From the NCBI GenBank assembly GCA_050273025.1, contig CP158635.1:14632001-14696000 (forward strand): DNA of 64,000 bases, read 5' to 3'. This DNA comes from Cenococcum geophilum. Its lineage: Eukaryota. The stretch's first letter is position 1. Each line of letters begins with the position of its first letter. The translations under genes and the position numbers were made by a program. Shown here piece after piece: positions 11,601-25,329 of the stretch. Below the pieces are notes generated by a model. The model was not told the DNA's origin and did no database searches. It was given only the letters and a program-made list of their open reading frames with translations.

Positions 11601-14600
11601 AATCTTTAGATTATATTCCTATAACTAAGGTATTCCTAATACTGCCTTATTATTTCCTAATGGTAATATATCAAAAGATATCTTAATTTATCTCCCTTTA
11701 ATAGTTATCTAAATTAGTCCTGTTTTAAGATTAATAATGCCTCCTCCATAGGCTATCAGATCTCCTAAGATTATTACTAATAGGTAAGGGTGCTTTTTCT
11801 ACCTATGTAGTATTCCTATCCTTTTAACTGCTGCTAGTAAGATATAGTTTCTTATTGCTCTACTATCTACTAATATTTTAAACTGTTAATCTTGCCATTT
11901 AACTCTTAGGTTTAGGTGTTGTCCTTAAATTTCTTTAAGGGTTTAAGGCTTTACTACTAGCTCCCTCTGGTTTTGTAGGCCTCTACTTTTCCTAACTGTT
12001 AGCTGCTTAATCCTATTATACTTAGCTTATTCTTTAGCCAATACCTAGTTTGTTTTTTGTCTTTAATATACTATAGATAGGTATTTTCTAAACATTTCTA
12101 CTATTGTTATTTATCTAAGCATTCTTCCATAAGGAATCTTTTTGGTTAAAGTATTAAGTCTTCTTCCTCTTAGACTTCTGCTGGATGCTAGCTATATATA
12201 TACTTGGCATTCCTGTACTGTTGTTTATCTATTATTTAGTATATCTTTGTAGGGTATTTTTAATTTTTTTCTTTTAGATTCTTGTATATTTTGTATATTT
12301 TATCTATATATGCAATCCATGATAGCGTATAGTGTGCTGGGTGCTTTAGGTTAACTCTTAGCTTGTTTTTGTCTCTGAGTTTAAACCTTTATCGTGCTAA
12401 TTTGAATATTATGACTTTATTTATAGGTACTAAGACGCGTTTTTTGCTTCTCTAGTCCTCTAATTGTTCCTCTAGATCCTTTAATGTTATAATTAATGCT
12501 TCCTTAATATGGTTTATTACTTTTTCCGTAATTAGGTGGTTTTAGATAACTTTTTTGTTTAACTATATATAGAAATCTTCCTACTTATTATTATGTCGCT
12601 GTCTATACTACTTTTAGTATAGCTGCTGAAGTGTATACGGCTTGTTTATAAGGAAGTATTTTCTTATTACTGCGTCGTAATAGCCCTTTATGTGTCGTTC
12701 TTTAAACCTAGTAGGAATCTCTAGATCCTCTTCTTGTTCTAGTTTGGTAAGCCACTTAGCTCTTAGTGTGCCTATTCTCGGCCTATTAGTGATTCTTTAT
12801 ATAGGTGCCCTGTCCCTTATACGTCCTAATATACTAGATCTCTTATCTAGTTTCTTTTCTTACTATAAGGTAATTCTCGCTCTAAACTCCTCTATAGTTT
12901 CTCTTTTTTTATATCTTATAAGTGGATCCTTAAAGTCTTCTTACTTCTTAATCTTGGTATTAAACTTTTAATCTTTAGTTTAAACATCTTGTTTAACTAG
13001 TAAGTCTTCTAGGTCTATATATCTGTCTTTTAGTCTAACTGCTATTTATATTGTAGATTCTCTAATCTATAAAGAAGCTCCTTACCTCTTGCTTATAGGT
13101 GTCTTAATTTATACTCTAAATTCTTAATCCCTTAGATTCTTTAATCCTAAGCTTGCCTCTATTTTAAGCTTAGCTCTAGCCTTAGTCTAACTAGGCTTTA
13201 CTAGTGTCCTTATCTTGTCTTAAGAGTCCTAGATCTTACTTATCTTATCTTAAAAGTCTTATGCTGTTGGGAACACTTGTCCTAAGCTTATTTATATATT
13301 TTTAAACTGAGCCGCTGCTCTACTTTATTAGTTATTGTCTGTTATAGGTCTCTAAGCATACCTTATCTTGTTTTGAGAATCTTAGTTATCTCTTATCTTA
13401 TCTTAAGAATCTTAAGCCTTTAGCCTTTTACCTTTATTAAGTGGTGAGCTAGTACTAGCAGTTATCTGCTTGCTTAATTGTCTCTAGATATTGCTCCTTT
13501 TATTTTATAAAGCGATAGATGCCGTATCTAACGGTATTATAATGCCTGTTACTGAACCTTGCTCTATAGCGGTCTTAGTTTCTACTTCTATTGCGTTATT
13601 AAGGTTTAGATACCCCTAGTTAGTTCCTTTACTATCCTTGTCGCTATTAATTAATAAGTACTCCGACTCTATTATTATTGTTACTAATCTTTATCTATAT
13701 ATTGCTGTAATATCTTAATCTAGCTTATAGAGTCGATCTTATTCTTTATCTAACTCTTTAGTTCTTTTAAGTCCCCTTAACTCTGGCTCTTATAGCTAAT
13801 AGCTTATACTATACTTAGCGTCTTTATAAATTTGGTATATGTTGTTATAATAAAACGCAAAACTTTTAATTGAATATTCTTTTGTTCCCCGTAGTACACT
13901 ATTATCCCTTTATACGTATATGTTATATACTATTAGTCTAGTTCCCTTTACTACGTAGTGGCCCTAACTACTTTTATAGTCTCTAGCGAAATAACCCTGT
14001 TTCCCGCAATTTATATAAGCTCCGTCTTTAAACTATTGTTTTTGCTATAGAGTTCGCTTAAACGTCTTCTGCTGCTAAGATCCTTAGTTTAGCCTATGCT
14101 TTTTAGTCCTATAATTACTTAATCCTTAACCTCTAGGTTTCTATAGTTTCTTACTCTATCTTTTATGGGTTTCTTTAGTACTACTTAGGTCTATTGGCTC
14201 TGCGCCGTACTATGATTTCTAATTTAGCTTTGGTTGTTACGTGCTCTGCGTCTTATATAACTATAGGACTTTATCCTAACCCCTCTTAGCTTGTTCCCTT
14301 TAGAAGATCCTATTATTAATCTTAATCGCTTAATCTATTAATTCCCTTAGGGTGTCCGCATCTTCTATTAGAATGATTGTGTTCTGGACTTTAGCCTTAA
14401 GTCCTTGTTTATACTGTGCTATAAGCGCCTTATTGTTCCATTTGACTTATATTATAAGTGTTTAAAACTGCGTTGTGTACTTGATTGCTGAAGTTTACTA
14501 TATTAGGTTCTAAAGCTTTCTCTCTGCTGTAGTTGTTGCTTTTAGGTCCCTAAATATCTGTGTTAATTGTTCCGTGAATCCTACCTAGCTAGAAAATATA

Positions 14601-15022
14601 AATCGTATCTTTTAATTAGTAGTAGTTATTCCGTTAGTCTGTATTTCTGTTAAGTAGGGTTTAAACTATTTAAGTGCCCGACCCGATAGGAATAGTCCTA
14701 TGTAGGCTATCTGGTCTATTATTATGGCTAACTTAGCCCCTTCTTATATGACTTTGAAATGCATTTGTGTTAGAAATCCTTTGAGCTTTAATTTTTCTCC
14801 TAAGAATCGTTTAATTAAAGGTAACTTAACCTTTGCTGCTCTGATCCCGTTAAGTCTATTCTTAAGTGTTGTATTATTTTCTGTTAATCGATCTACTATT
14901 TTTTATAATTGTCCTACTGTTATAGGTTGCTGCGAGTTAGTGTCCGCTATACTGGTGTCACCCCCTGACTTTAAAGTAGTTGCCGCTGTTGATGGCGTCG
15001 TGGTGGCTGCTTTTGGTAGTAT
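8620..15022 (-). pseudogene. G1 gag-pol polyprotein, RIP-inactivated
   Basis: Gag KVKLP.I.RF.GEK.KLKGFLTQM (~14760-14835); CCHC knuckle (~13985-14020); protease ILVDSRAIRNYI (~11845-11880); RT YLNNIIIY, read as YLDD (~10890-10912); chromodomain (~8640-8780). Confidence 0.9.
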
Positions 15023-15062
15023 GTTATTTGACTTATTGAAACCGTAACTGTGGTAGTGATTG

Positions 15063-15483
15063 TATAATGGAGCCTTGTAGTAGGGACTATAGTAAACTTG
15101 TTATTGGGCTAGGTATATAGGTATTATAAGTAAGTTAATAACGTAATAATAACTGGTGGAGTGGTTGCCTAATAGATGAACTCTAATTGTATTCTAAGAA
15201 TTACTATAAAGAAGGAACTATCTAGGTAGGGACTAAGGGTCCTTAAATACATAACTGTACTCCTATGAAATCCTCCTTATACGTAATGTACGTATTATAT
15301 ATAAGGTACGTAAGTTCCCTTCGTTCCTCGTGTCCCTTACGTAGCACCTTATGTGACCTCGGCTACTATTCCTTGTTATATAGTTCTACGGGTTCTATCC
15401 TAGACCGTGCTTATATTAACCAACTAGCTTCTTCTAACTCTTCTCTAAGTAGTCGTAATATTGTACTTAAGGCGTCCGTAACA
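15063..15483 (-). repeat. G1 5' LTR
   Basis: Direct repeat of 7476-7896; ends CCGTAACA. Confidence 0.95.
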
Positions 15484-16006
15484 TCTATAATAGAAAGGCA
15501 GCTATAAATTCTGCCTTTATCTATCCTTTATATAGGGAGAAAGTTAATATTATTTATAGGGTGCTCCACGTAGTTCCTCTCTATGCTTTTACCGCTTTCT
15601 TTTAGCATCGTTTCTACTTAATATCTACCTATCTTGCGATGTATATAGTAGATCTCCACTTATACTAGTGGCCCTATATCCTCTATTATTATTATAATGC
15701 TCTACTAGCGTGGCGCTAAGTATTATAGTAGCTTTTATATTTCCTATTCTTTCTCTACTACTTATAAATAGAGGGCTTTTTAACTTATAAGCTTAGGCGT
15801 GATACCTCTTTATAGGGCCCTTGCTTCTTATATACGCTCTATTATCTAGTATATCTCCTTCTCTACTAGGTGGCCTTATACTATGGATGCTCTCTATATA
15901 GCAGTTGCTTCTATATATACGTCTAGTAGTAGTACTACTACTTTACGTTCTATTATGGCATATAGTGTCCTTTTATAGGCCCCTATAATTCTATATAGCT
16001 ATTATT
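15484..16006 (-). mobile_element. LINE-A copy 2, 5' part (truncated near 16000)
   Basis: Continues 7475 across the G1 TSD; colinear with 240-765. Confidence 0.85.
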
Positions 16007-16762
16007 CTAGCTATTATTATATATCTCTAGTAGTTTAGATATAAAGAAAAGAATTAGAATTAGAAATAGGTGTAATCCCTATATAATACCTATAGGTATT
16101 AGTATTAATTTGCTTTTATAGCCCTTAATTATAATTTTTATAGTACACCCTATTAGAAAGGCTTAGATAAACTTAATTATCTAGTTTAATAGGCCTTTAT
16201 TTCTTAGGATTTATAGAAGTCTCTTATATAATATATTATTAAATATTCCGCTTAGGTTTAGGCTTAGTATAGATATAATATATCCTAGGTAAGCTTACTA
16301 TACCGCTTAGATACTAAAGGTAATTAAGAAGAGGGCTAAAAGGGTTAATCTTTTCTTTCTTAAGCCTATTTATATCTACGGTAGTAGCTTTTATACTTCT
16401 GCCGCTTCTTATATACGTTTTATAACTATCTTTTTTAAGAGCCTTTTTAGGGTTAGTAGTTTTCTAAAATAGAGTAGTCTTTTTTTATACCTTTTATAAG
16501 ACGACTATAGTTATTACTTTAAAGTATTTAGGTAGTTTGCCTCTCTAAAGGTAGGTAGTTACGACGTTAGCGAATAGTATTACTACCGCTTTTACTATAG
16601 CTTTAATTGCCTTATTTAGCCTTAACGCTTTACTAGTAGGGAGCTTTTATATAGTGTCCTTTATTTCTTTTACTAATATTATATAACTTATATTAATAGG
16701 TAAGGGGTAGAATTAGCTACTAATATTCTATAGGTCTGTTTAGCCCGCGCCTAAAAAGAACC

Positions 16763-17235
16763 TGTCTGTACGAGTAGAGGGTATAAATAGTGTTATTAGA
16801 TAAATGGCGTAGAGCGTATGCGGTAGGGCCGCATGGCGTATGCGGTAGGGGCCGTATGGCGTAGCGTAGGTCACCTAACTACCTACGGCCCAATAGATAG
16901 CCCGACCTTTACTACCCCTTTCTTTCTCTTTTAGTAGACAAGATAGAACACAAATAAACCAAGAACTAGAACTAATTGCAATTGCAGTATCCGGGTGATA
17001 CCAACACTAATCAGTGTTAGTATCACCCGGATACTACAATTGCAATTAGTTCTAGTTCTTGGTTTATTTGTGTTCTATCTTGTCTACTAAAAGAGAAAGA
17101 AAGGGGTAGTAAAGGTCGGGCTATCTATTGGGCCGTAGGTAGTTAGGTGACCTACGCTACGCCATACGGCCCTACCGTATACGCTCTGCGCCATTTATCT
17201 AATAACACTATTTATACCCTCTACTCGTATAGACA
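16763..17235. mobile_element. 473-bp spacerless palindromic (fold-back) insertion with TG..CA ends
   Basis: Starts TGTCTGTACGAGTAGAGGG and ends CCCTCTACTCGTATAGACA. The arms (248 and 225 bp) meet at 17010/17011. 5-bp TSD GAACC at 16758-16762 and 17236-17240. Confidence 0.92.
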
Positions 17236-17404
17236 GAACCTCTACTAATATTTTAATATTTTCCTTATTATTATTTATATACTAGTCCTATTCTATCTAG
17301 TAAAGTATAAATAGGTAAAAGTCCCCTAGCGTCTCTTTAGCAGCTCGCCTATTTTACTTTAATATATACTAGAATCCCTTATTATATAGTTTAGTAGGGT
17401 TTAA

Positions 17405-17830
17405 TATTACGGACGCTTTAAGTACGATGTTATGACTACTTGGAGAAGAGACGAAAGAAGCTAGTTAGTTAATTTAGGCATGGTTTAGGATGGAGCCGAT
17501 AGAACTATGTGACGAGGAATAGTAGCCGAGGTCACATAATGCGATCTATGTAATCTGTATAATCTATATAATCCGCAACAGAGTAGATAGAATACACGTA
17601 TATTACGTACAAGAAGGATTTTATAGGAGTACGGTTGTGTATTTAAGGACCCTTAGTCCCTATCTAGATAGTTCCTTCCTTATAGTAATTCTTAGAATAT
17701 AATTAGAGTTAATCTGTTAGGCAACCACTCCACCAGTTATTATTACGTTGTTAACTTTTATACTTACATTTCCTATATACCTAGCCTATTAACGAGCCTA
17801 TCGTAGTTCCTGCTATAAGGTTCCGTTACA
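17405..17830 (+). repeat. Solo LTR of the G1 family, opposite orientation to G1
   Basis: Reverse complement of the G1 LTR with a variant middle; TSD TTTAA at 17400-17404 and 17831-17835. Confidence 0.92.
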
Positions 17831-18235
17831 TTTAAGGTAATTTCTTTTAGAAATTAGCGCTAGCTATTTCTACCCTCCTTTTATATTATCTTCTTAGGCC
17901 TATTCTTTAGGGCCTTATAGCTCTATTAGTAGTAGGCTTTATTTATTACGCTATACTATTACCTTACCCTTTTTACGCCTATAAGTAGTTAGGCCGTTTC
18001 TAGTAACTATTTACGGTAGGCGTATTTTCTAGGCTAGGACTTTAGGTAATATTCTTTTAAGTAGTTACTTATAATCCTTTAGATATTCTCTAGTAATACC
18101 TAAGGTATAGCTACTAGCCTATTAGTAACTTCCTAGGTATACTTTTTTAAGTTAAATTTCTTAGTAACGTATCTTTAGCAGGTTTGTTACGCTAATATAG
18201 CAATATTAAGCGTTATCCGTACAGGTATATAGTCT

Positions 18236-19075
18236 AAGATAATTACTAGCTTATCTACTTTATAAGGAAAAGAAGGGTAAGTAGTAACCTAGTCTTAATA
18301 GTAAATATCTAAGGCTATAAAGTAAAATTAGAAGCTACCCTTAAGGTCCTAGGGGTTTAGGTAGACTCTAGGTTAAACTAGAATAAGTATATTATATAGA
18401 CTACTTATAAGGGAGGAGTAGTACTTTTAGCAGTATTATAAATAACTACCTTAATATAAGGACCCTCTTTTAAATATATACGCCTACTATATATAGTAGT
18501 AGTAAGGCTAATAATGCTATACGGCTCCTAAATCTAGGGCTTAGGACTAGGCGGTAAGGTACTAGTAAAAAGCTTACTAGCGCTACTAGCTAAGCTATAA
18601 AACTAGTGCCTATATAGAACTATAGGGGCCTATAGAAGAATACTACGCGCTATATTAAAACGCGAAGTAGTAGTTCTACTATTAGACTTATATAGTAACT
18701 TAACTACTATATAGAGAGTAGTTATAGTATAAGGCTACCTAGTAGAAGAAAATATATACTAAATACTAAAACGTATATAAGGAACGAGATATATATAAGA
18801 AGCGATAGCCCCTTAAAGAGGTAATATGCCTAAATATACTAGCTAGGAAGCCCTTTACCTATAAATAATAGAGAGAAAAGGAAATAAGGAAATAATTATC
18901 TTATTAGATAAAGACCTAGCGTTATACTAGTAGAGTATTATAATGGTAATAGAGGATAGGAGGTTACTAATATAGATAGAGATTTACTATACTAATTATA
19001 AGATAGGTAGATCTTAAATAGAAGTAATAATAGAAGGAGGTAGTAAAAATATAAGACGTAGCTATATAGAATACC
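18236..19075 (+). mobile_element. LINE-A copy 3 (5'-truncated), first segment
   Basis: Reverse complement of 6557-6720 joined to 295-983, i.e. it shows the empty site for LINE-B. Confidence 0.85.
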
Positions 19076-19200
19076 TGTCTATATAAGTTCGCACGAGAAT
19101 TTATAGACGTAATTACGTAAGCTAAGCGAGCTCAGGAAACCCCTTAAATTCCTCCTATTTATATATAATTAAAAGAAAAAGTCACCACTATTTAAAAGAG

Positions 19201-22200
19201 TGTTATGGCTTAAACAAATGCCTCTAAACCGAAGCTTAAACGAATGCTATATTACGAAGATACTAAGCTAAAGAGAAGGAAAAGGGGTCGCTAGGACCGA
19301 TGTAAACAAATATATAGGGTGAGCCGCTAAGGCGCTAGCTTTGGGCGGGCCAATTGCAGGTCGGCAGAATATGGCAGAATTTGGCAGGTAATGTGCGATA
19401 GCGCCGTTATATCACCCCCCTCTTTGAAGAAAGCCTGCCCTTAGGCTTAGTTAGAAATAGGGTAGCACTAGGCTTATAAATGTGGGATTATAAAATATAA
19501 GATAAGGAGATAAAGGGGACAAGAGTACGTCTAGACTAAGTATAAAGGGCGATTATAGGCTAAGTGGAAGCACTAGGCTAGAAAGAGTAGCCGTTAAAAG
19601 TCTTAGCACGGATCTAACTAATTAGATAACTTTAACCGGCGGTTAAAGTTCCTAGATATCTAATATTTTACGGTACTGGCAGAAAACGGCAGAATATGGT
19701 AGAATTTGGTAGATAGCTGTATTAGGGCTTTAGGGCGTTTTTATCCCTATATTCTTCTAGTAACTTATTATCTTTATTATACTAGTATTCTATCTATTTA
19801 TCTAGGTACTTTAGGGGCCCAGGCGTATTAGGGTATTAGTTATAAAATTCTTTAAGCTTTTAGGGGCAGCCTATAAAGTTCCACGTAGGGTACTAAGTTA
19901 GGTTAGGATTGTAGCCCTTCTATTAGATACGGTATTTTAGCGTTCCCCATACTATCTTACAGGCTAGTATTTTATTAACCTCCTATTTACTGTCACCGTT
20001 TACTTAAACTAGTAGGGAAGGCTCGTTCTTTTATCTAGGTAATAGGTCGTTTATAGCTTTCCGTAACTTATCTGGCAAAAAGATAGAGTAAACCCTAATT
20101 AAATCTAAAAGCTTTATCTTATATAAGTTACCTATCTTCTTAAGAACCTTATATGGTCCTGCTATCTAGTAGTCCAGCTTATAGCTGGGTCGTTCGGTCT
20201 TCTAATTCCTTATTATAACCTAGATTATATTGCTAGGGGTAAAATTAGGCTCTTAACGGTGTTTATTCGCCTACTGTTCTATTAACCTTTAAGCTTTTTT
20301 TAGGTTCTTATAGGCTACCGTCTAAGCCTCCTCTAATTATTTAGCGTACTATTAGGCCTTAGTATAGGATAGCTTCTCTTATATAGTCTAGGGTTCTTCT
20401 GGCCTTTTTTAGTTAAAGCTTATACGGGGTAAGTATCCTATTTCTAGCTAAATTAGGGCAAACCCTATAAAGTTATGGGGTAAGGTTACTTGCGCATAGT
20501 TTATTAAGGGTAGTAGTTTAAACTAGTTATCCTAGAAATAGTTAACGAGGGGCCTAAGCCTCTAGTCTAGGTACTAATTTATAATCTCTATCTAACCGTC
20601 TATCTGGGGGTAATAAGCCGTAGAAAGCTTTAGCTTAATACCTAGGATTTAGGTAAACTTATTCCAGAAGGCTAATATAAACTATAGCTTATAATTAGAC
20701 ATAATAGTATCTGGTAGTCTATAGATTTAGTAGACGTAATAAATATATAGCTAGGCTACTTCTTTAGCATTAATGTTCTTATAATAGGGAATTAAGAACG
20801 GGCGTTTACTAAAGCGGTTAACTATAACTATAACTATATCGTATCTGTTACGGTCCCTAGGTAGTTTATAAAAGTCTATAAAGATATACTACTAAGGGCG
20901 CTCTAGTATTAGGAGTAGCTTAAGTAGTCCTAGGGTCTTATCCCGTAGGATTATAGCTCTCTAACAGTCTTTACAGTTCCGTATATATTAATTAATATCC
21001 GCAACTATTCTTAGCCAGTAGTAGTAGTAGTTAATAATTTTATGGGTCTTGTTCTTGCTAGGGTATACTATAGAGACTTAGTAATAAGCTTCGCGGATTA
21101 GTTTGGTTTATAGATTATTAACGTTAAGGACTATAAGCCGCTTCTAGTATAGGAGTAATCCTTCCTCCGTCTTAAAATTGGGGTCTCTTTTTACGGCTTA
21201 TTTACAAAGGGCCCTTAGGGCATTAGCCGTGCGGTTTACAGTTAGGAGGCGGTTAATTAGCCCTATTAGCTTATCTAAGGACTCCTCTATTAGTGCTAGC
21301 TCGTTTTACTAAAAGTCTAGCTCCTTAAAGATCTGTAGGTCGAGCTGTTCTAGATAGAGGAGGGCGCGTGTCTAATATTAGGTCTTTAGCTTATCCTAGG
21401 GTCCTATATCTTATTCTCTTTAGGTTAGGGTATTAGCCTTAGAGTTTTACTTACTAGAACGATATATAATCGTAAAAAAGAATTAGAAGAGTATTTTGGC
21501 CCACTAAGCCTATTATTTAGTAAGCTGCTTTATAGTTATAAAGTACTCTAGGGCTTTATAATCTGTATATATCTTAATCCGGGAATTTATACCTTTAAGC
21601 TCTACGCGCTATTAGGAGAGTAATTAAATAATAACTAGCATTTCTTTATTATATACTTTATAGTTATACTTAGCTAGGTCTATTATCTTTAAGAAGAAAG
21701 CTATAGGGTACTATTTACTATTTAGATATAACTATAATAGGATTTCCACTACGACCCCATTAGAGGCGTCTATTTTTAGCATTAATTTAAGGTCTGGGTT
21801 ATAGTAATAAAGGATTAGGAAAGAGATAAGCCAATCCTTTATCTCTTTAAAGGCTTCTATATAGCTATTATTAAAGATAAAAGGCGTATCCTTCCTAGTT
21901 AGTTATATAAGAGGTTTTACCGCAATTCTGTAGTTATAGATAAACCAGCAATAGAAGTTGCAAAAGCTAAGGAAGGACTAGATTCCTTTTACTATATAAG
22001 GGGGCTTCTAGTTATAAATTACCTCTACCTTTTTAGGGTTAATTTTAATTCCTTCTATAGTTATAATAAACCTAAGGTATTTTATACGTTTTACCCTAAA
22101 CTCGCATTTCTTAATATTAACTTATAAGCCCGCGTTCCGTAGTCTCTCTAGGACCTTCTTAATATAAACTTAATACTTAAGTTTGTTGTCTGAGTATATA

Positions 22201-25200
22201 AGAATGTCGTCTAGATATATACCTTTAGTACGTAGCTAGTCCGTTTATTAGTCTAAAAGAAAGAACTTTATATTTATAGAAACTATAATAGGTACGGAAT
22301 ATTATTAAATCTTTAGATGCAGGGTCTATCCTAATTTGGTAAAAAGCTTGGCAGATATTAAGTTTAGTAAAGATCTTTGCCTAGCTTAGACGTATAAGGG
22401 TCTCGTTAATTAAAGGAATAGGATACTAGTTTTTTTAAGTAATAGTATTTAGCTTTTAATAGTTAATATAAAAACGAAGGCCTTTATTAGGCTTTTTTAT
22501 AAATAGAATAGGGGAAGTAAAAGGGGCTTAACTTAGCTTAATAAACCCTTTATCCAGGTTATTAATTAAGTACTACTTTATTACTTTTAGCTTATCTGTT
22601 AATTAATAGTAGAGGGGGCTATAGCCTAGCGAGTTATTAGCTTTTAATTAAATCTTATAATTATACGTCTGGTAGGGGGGTAACTTATTTAAGGCCGCCT
22701 TTAAGAATGTATCCTTGTAGTTTATATAAATAGTAGGAAGGAGGTATTTAACTAGTTCCTTATCGGTTTCCTTAGCTAGCCTTTCCTCTCTATTATTAAT
22801 AATTTGGTTAATTTTATATAGGCTTATTATAAAGACCTTATTGTCCTTCTAGTATATATTAAAGTGGAACGCTATAGCGCTAATTACGGCGATGTCTACG
22901 ATAGGGGGGTTGCCTAATAATAGGGGCGTACGTGACTTTAGGGACTTCTAGGGTACTAGCGTTATTGTTACCCCTTTTAGCTCCTCTTATATCTTTCGGA
23001 GGTTATCCCTTATATCCTATTAATACGTTCTTTTCTATACTGGTTAAATCCGTGTAATTTAGACGTTGTTTATGTTACTATCTGTCCCGCTTCCGTATAT
23101 AGAGTCCTCTTTAAATATAGCGCTTTAGGAGAGTATCTTTATTAGTATAGAGTTCTTTCCAGCTTCGCGGCGGGCGTCTTCTTAGGTAAAGGCTAGGTTA
23201 CGGGCCCAGACATCCTACTAGTAGGTAGGGTTAGCCCTTACGGCTAGTGTCTTACGGTTAGTTTAGATCTCCTTAATAAAGAAGGGCAACCTTAGTCTAT
23301 CCTCTGGCTAGATAAACCGTCTTTATTGTATATTTAACTAAATATTAAAATAGAACATCTATTTTTGTCTAAGGATTATATTATAAGACCCTAGGTCTAA
23401 GATGCAAAAGGGGATACTATATTAGCGTCATCCGTTAAAAGCGATAAGACGTGGGTAACAAGCTAACTAGCTTAGCCGTTATAGCCTTTTACCTAGATAG
23501 GCTTCTCTAGTTAGATGGCTTCTGTATTTAGAAACTTAGTAACATTATTTATATAGGCAGTATTTATAAAGGCAAAGCTATTTGCTCTAGTGTTAATAAG
23601 GGCGGTTATATTAACTTTATATCTATTTTAAGATACTATATATAGAAATGTAAAATGCTTTCTACCTATTAACTAACTAAGATTAATCTCTTTAAGATTA
23701 ATAGGTACCCTAGGGGGGAGTCTTTCCCTAGGGTTTCTCTTTTCCTAACTTATCTAACATTTCTTCTTCCTCTATCTCCTTAATATCGCCTATATCTTTT
23801 AGCTCCAGGTAGGATAAAATAAAGTAACCCTATTTATTGCAGTTAAAGCATATAGCCGAGGTAGGGTTAATTGGAGTATTGCGGTAAATACTAGTTAATG
23901 GTGTGGTATATAACTAGTTAGGCGAGGCTCGCTAGTATATAGTTATAACCGCCTTTAGTAAAAGAGTAGTTATAACTTATCTTCCTGCTTTAGCTCCTAT
24001 AGGTATAGCTAGCAAGTTCCGATTATTATAGAGTCGCTTCTGCTAATTAGGGTAGGTGTTAATCCGCTTTAGTTCTAAGTCTAATAATAGGCAATAAGCT
24101 ACGAGTTTTTTATGGGTTAGTAGGTTATCTAAGGTTACAGCGATCTTTTCTTATAGCTAGATTATTAGCTTATTATATAGGTCTAATTAATAGTTCTTAA
24201 GGGGGACCTAGCCTTCTCCTATAAGGTATAGGAATTAAGTTTAGAATTTAGTAAAGGGTTAGTTTAGTTTTATTATTAGGCGATTATAGTTATAACGGGC
24301 ATTCTATACTTTATTTGGGTTAATATAAATAGCCGCTAGGTGCTATATTATCTTATTAACGGATATAAATTAGATAGGGGAGTCGTCCTTAAACTTAGCT
24401 TAAAGGTGCCGTTAGGCGTCCCCAGTAGTTTAACTAAAGAGGTAGAGTATTTTGGCTTCTTTAGAAAGGAAATAGTTATAGTTAACGCGAAGCTTTTCTC
24501 GTACTTAAATCCTCTAATTCTTAAAGGTAGGGTTTATTTTATTAAATAGTAGTAGGGGGTTAGGGAGCTTAACGGACTTTAATTACTTTATTATTGTATC
24601 CGTACTCCCTAGTATATTATATTTAGTAGAGTAAATAGGTCGGCTAGGGCTTTAAGAAGGGGAAGCTAGGCTATTTTATAGGGCCGTAAGGCTTTCTAGG
24701 ATCTCTTATAGGGTCTCTTATATATTTCTTACTTTAAGACAATTAGCTTTTTAGCTGGCTATAAGGGCATAAATCTGCTCGCGTACGTCTATAACGTTAT
24801 TATTATCTTTAATTTCTAATCCTAATTGGATCTTAGGTTCCTCTTAGGTAGAGGCAGCTCTCTTAAATAAGCTTGCTTTAGGTGCCATCGTTAGCTTCCT
24901 AAGGTTTATTAGTATTATACGCTTTAGTTTTAATTCTAGGGGTATAGGTCTAGTCCTATCTGGCTTATAAGGTAGGATATTATCTAGGCCTTCCCAGGTA
25001 ATGTAGAGTTGTTTTAGTGTCTAAGTATAGCGCGTTAATACGTCGTTGCAGACGAAGTTTCTTTAGGGTGGGATATTATTAAGGCCTTCCCAGGCAAGGT
25101 AGGGAGAGCTTAGTATAATGTTACGGCTTAAATAAATGCCTTTAAACCAAAGCTTAAATAAATGCTGTATTACGAAGATACTAAGCTAAAGAGAAGGAAA

Positions 25201-25329
25201 AGGGGTTACTAGGACTAATATAAACAAATATATAGGGTGAGCCGCTAAGGCGCTAGCTTTGGGCGGGCCAATCGCAGGTCGGCAGAATATGGCAGAATTT
25301 GGCAGGTAACGTGCAATAGCGCCGTTACA
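19201..25329 (-). mobile_element. Ty3/gypsy chromovirus G2 copy a (6.1 kb)
   Basis: 211-bp LTRs at 19201-19411 and 25119-25329; TSD AAGAG; minus-strand PPT at 19412-19425; near-identical to 50214-56393. Confidence 0.95.
19740..24888 (-). pseudogene. G2a gag-pol, RIP-inactivated
   Basis: ATG at 24888 (MAPK); protease ALINTRANSFAFIN, read as ALIDTGA (~23565-23605); RT YLDDILIYSD (~22190-22218); chromodomain (~19870-19990). Confidence 0.9.

Larger units (their letters stand above)
7476..15483 (-). mobile_element. Ty3/gypsy chromovirus G1, full length (8.0 kb), nested in LINE-A copy 2
   Basis: 421-bp LTRs at 7476-7896 and 15063-15483; TSD TCTAT at 7471-7475 and 15484-15488; minus-strand PPT at 7897-7910; gag-PR-RT-RH-IN-chromodomain order. 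Confidence 0.95.
16007..18233 (-). mobile_element. LINE-A copy 1, RT N-terminal part to end of endonuclease; interrupted by the palindrome and a G1 solo LTR
   Basis: GII*GLHLFLILILFFISKLL, read as G..QGS.LSPIL.LFF (~16030-16090); linker KEGRNS*R*FL; DYIPV, read as (S)DHIPV, at ~18215-18233. Confidence 0.85.

Noticed and set aside
14724..15047. Plus-strand ORFs within retroelements (e.g. 14724-15047, 2585-2788, 24340-24549, 52921-53145, 63570-63839)
   Set aside because: These are shadow frames antisense to recognisable gag/pol or LINE ORF2 sequence.
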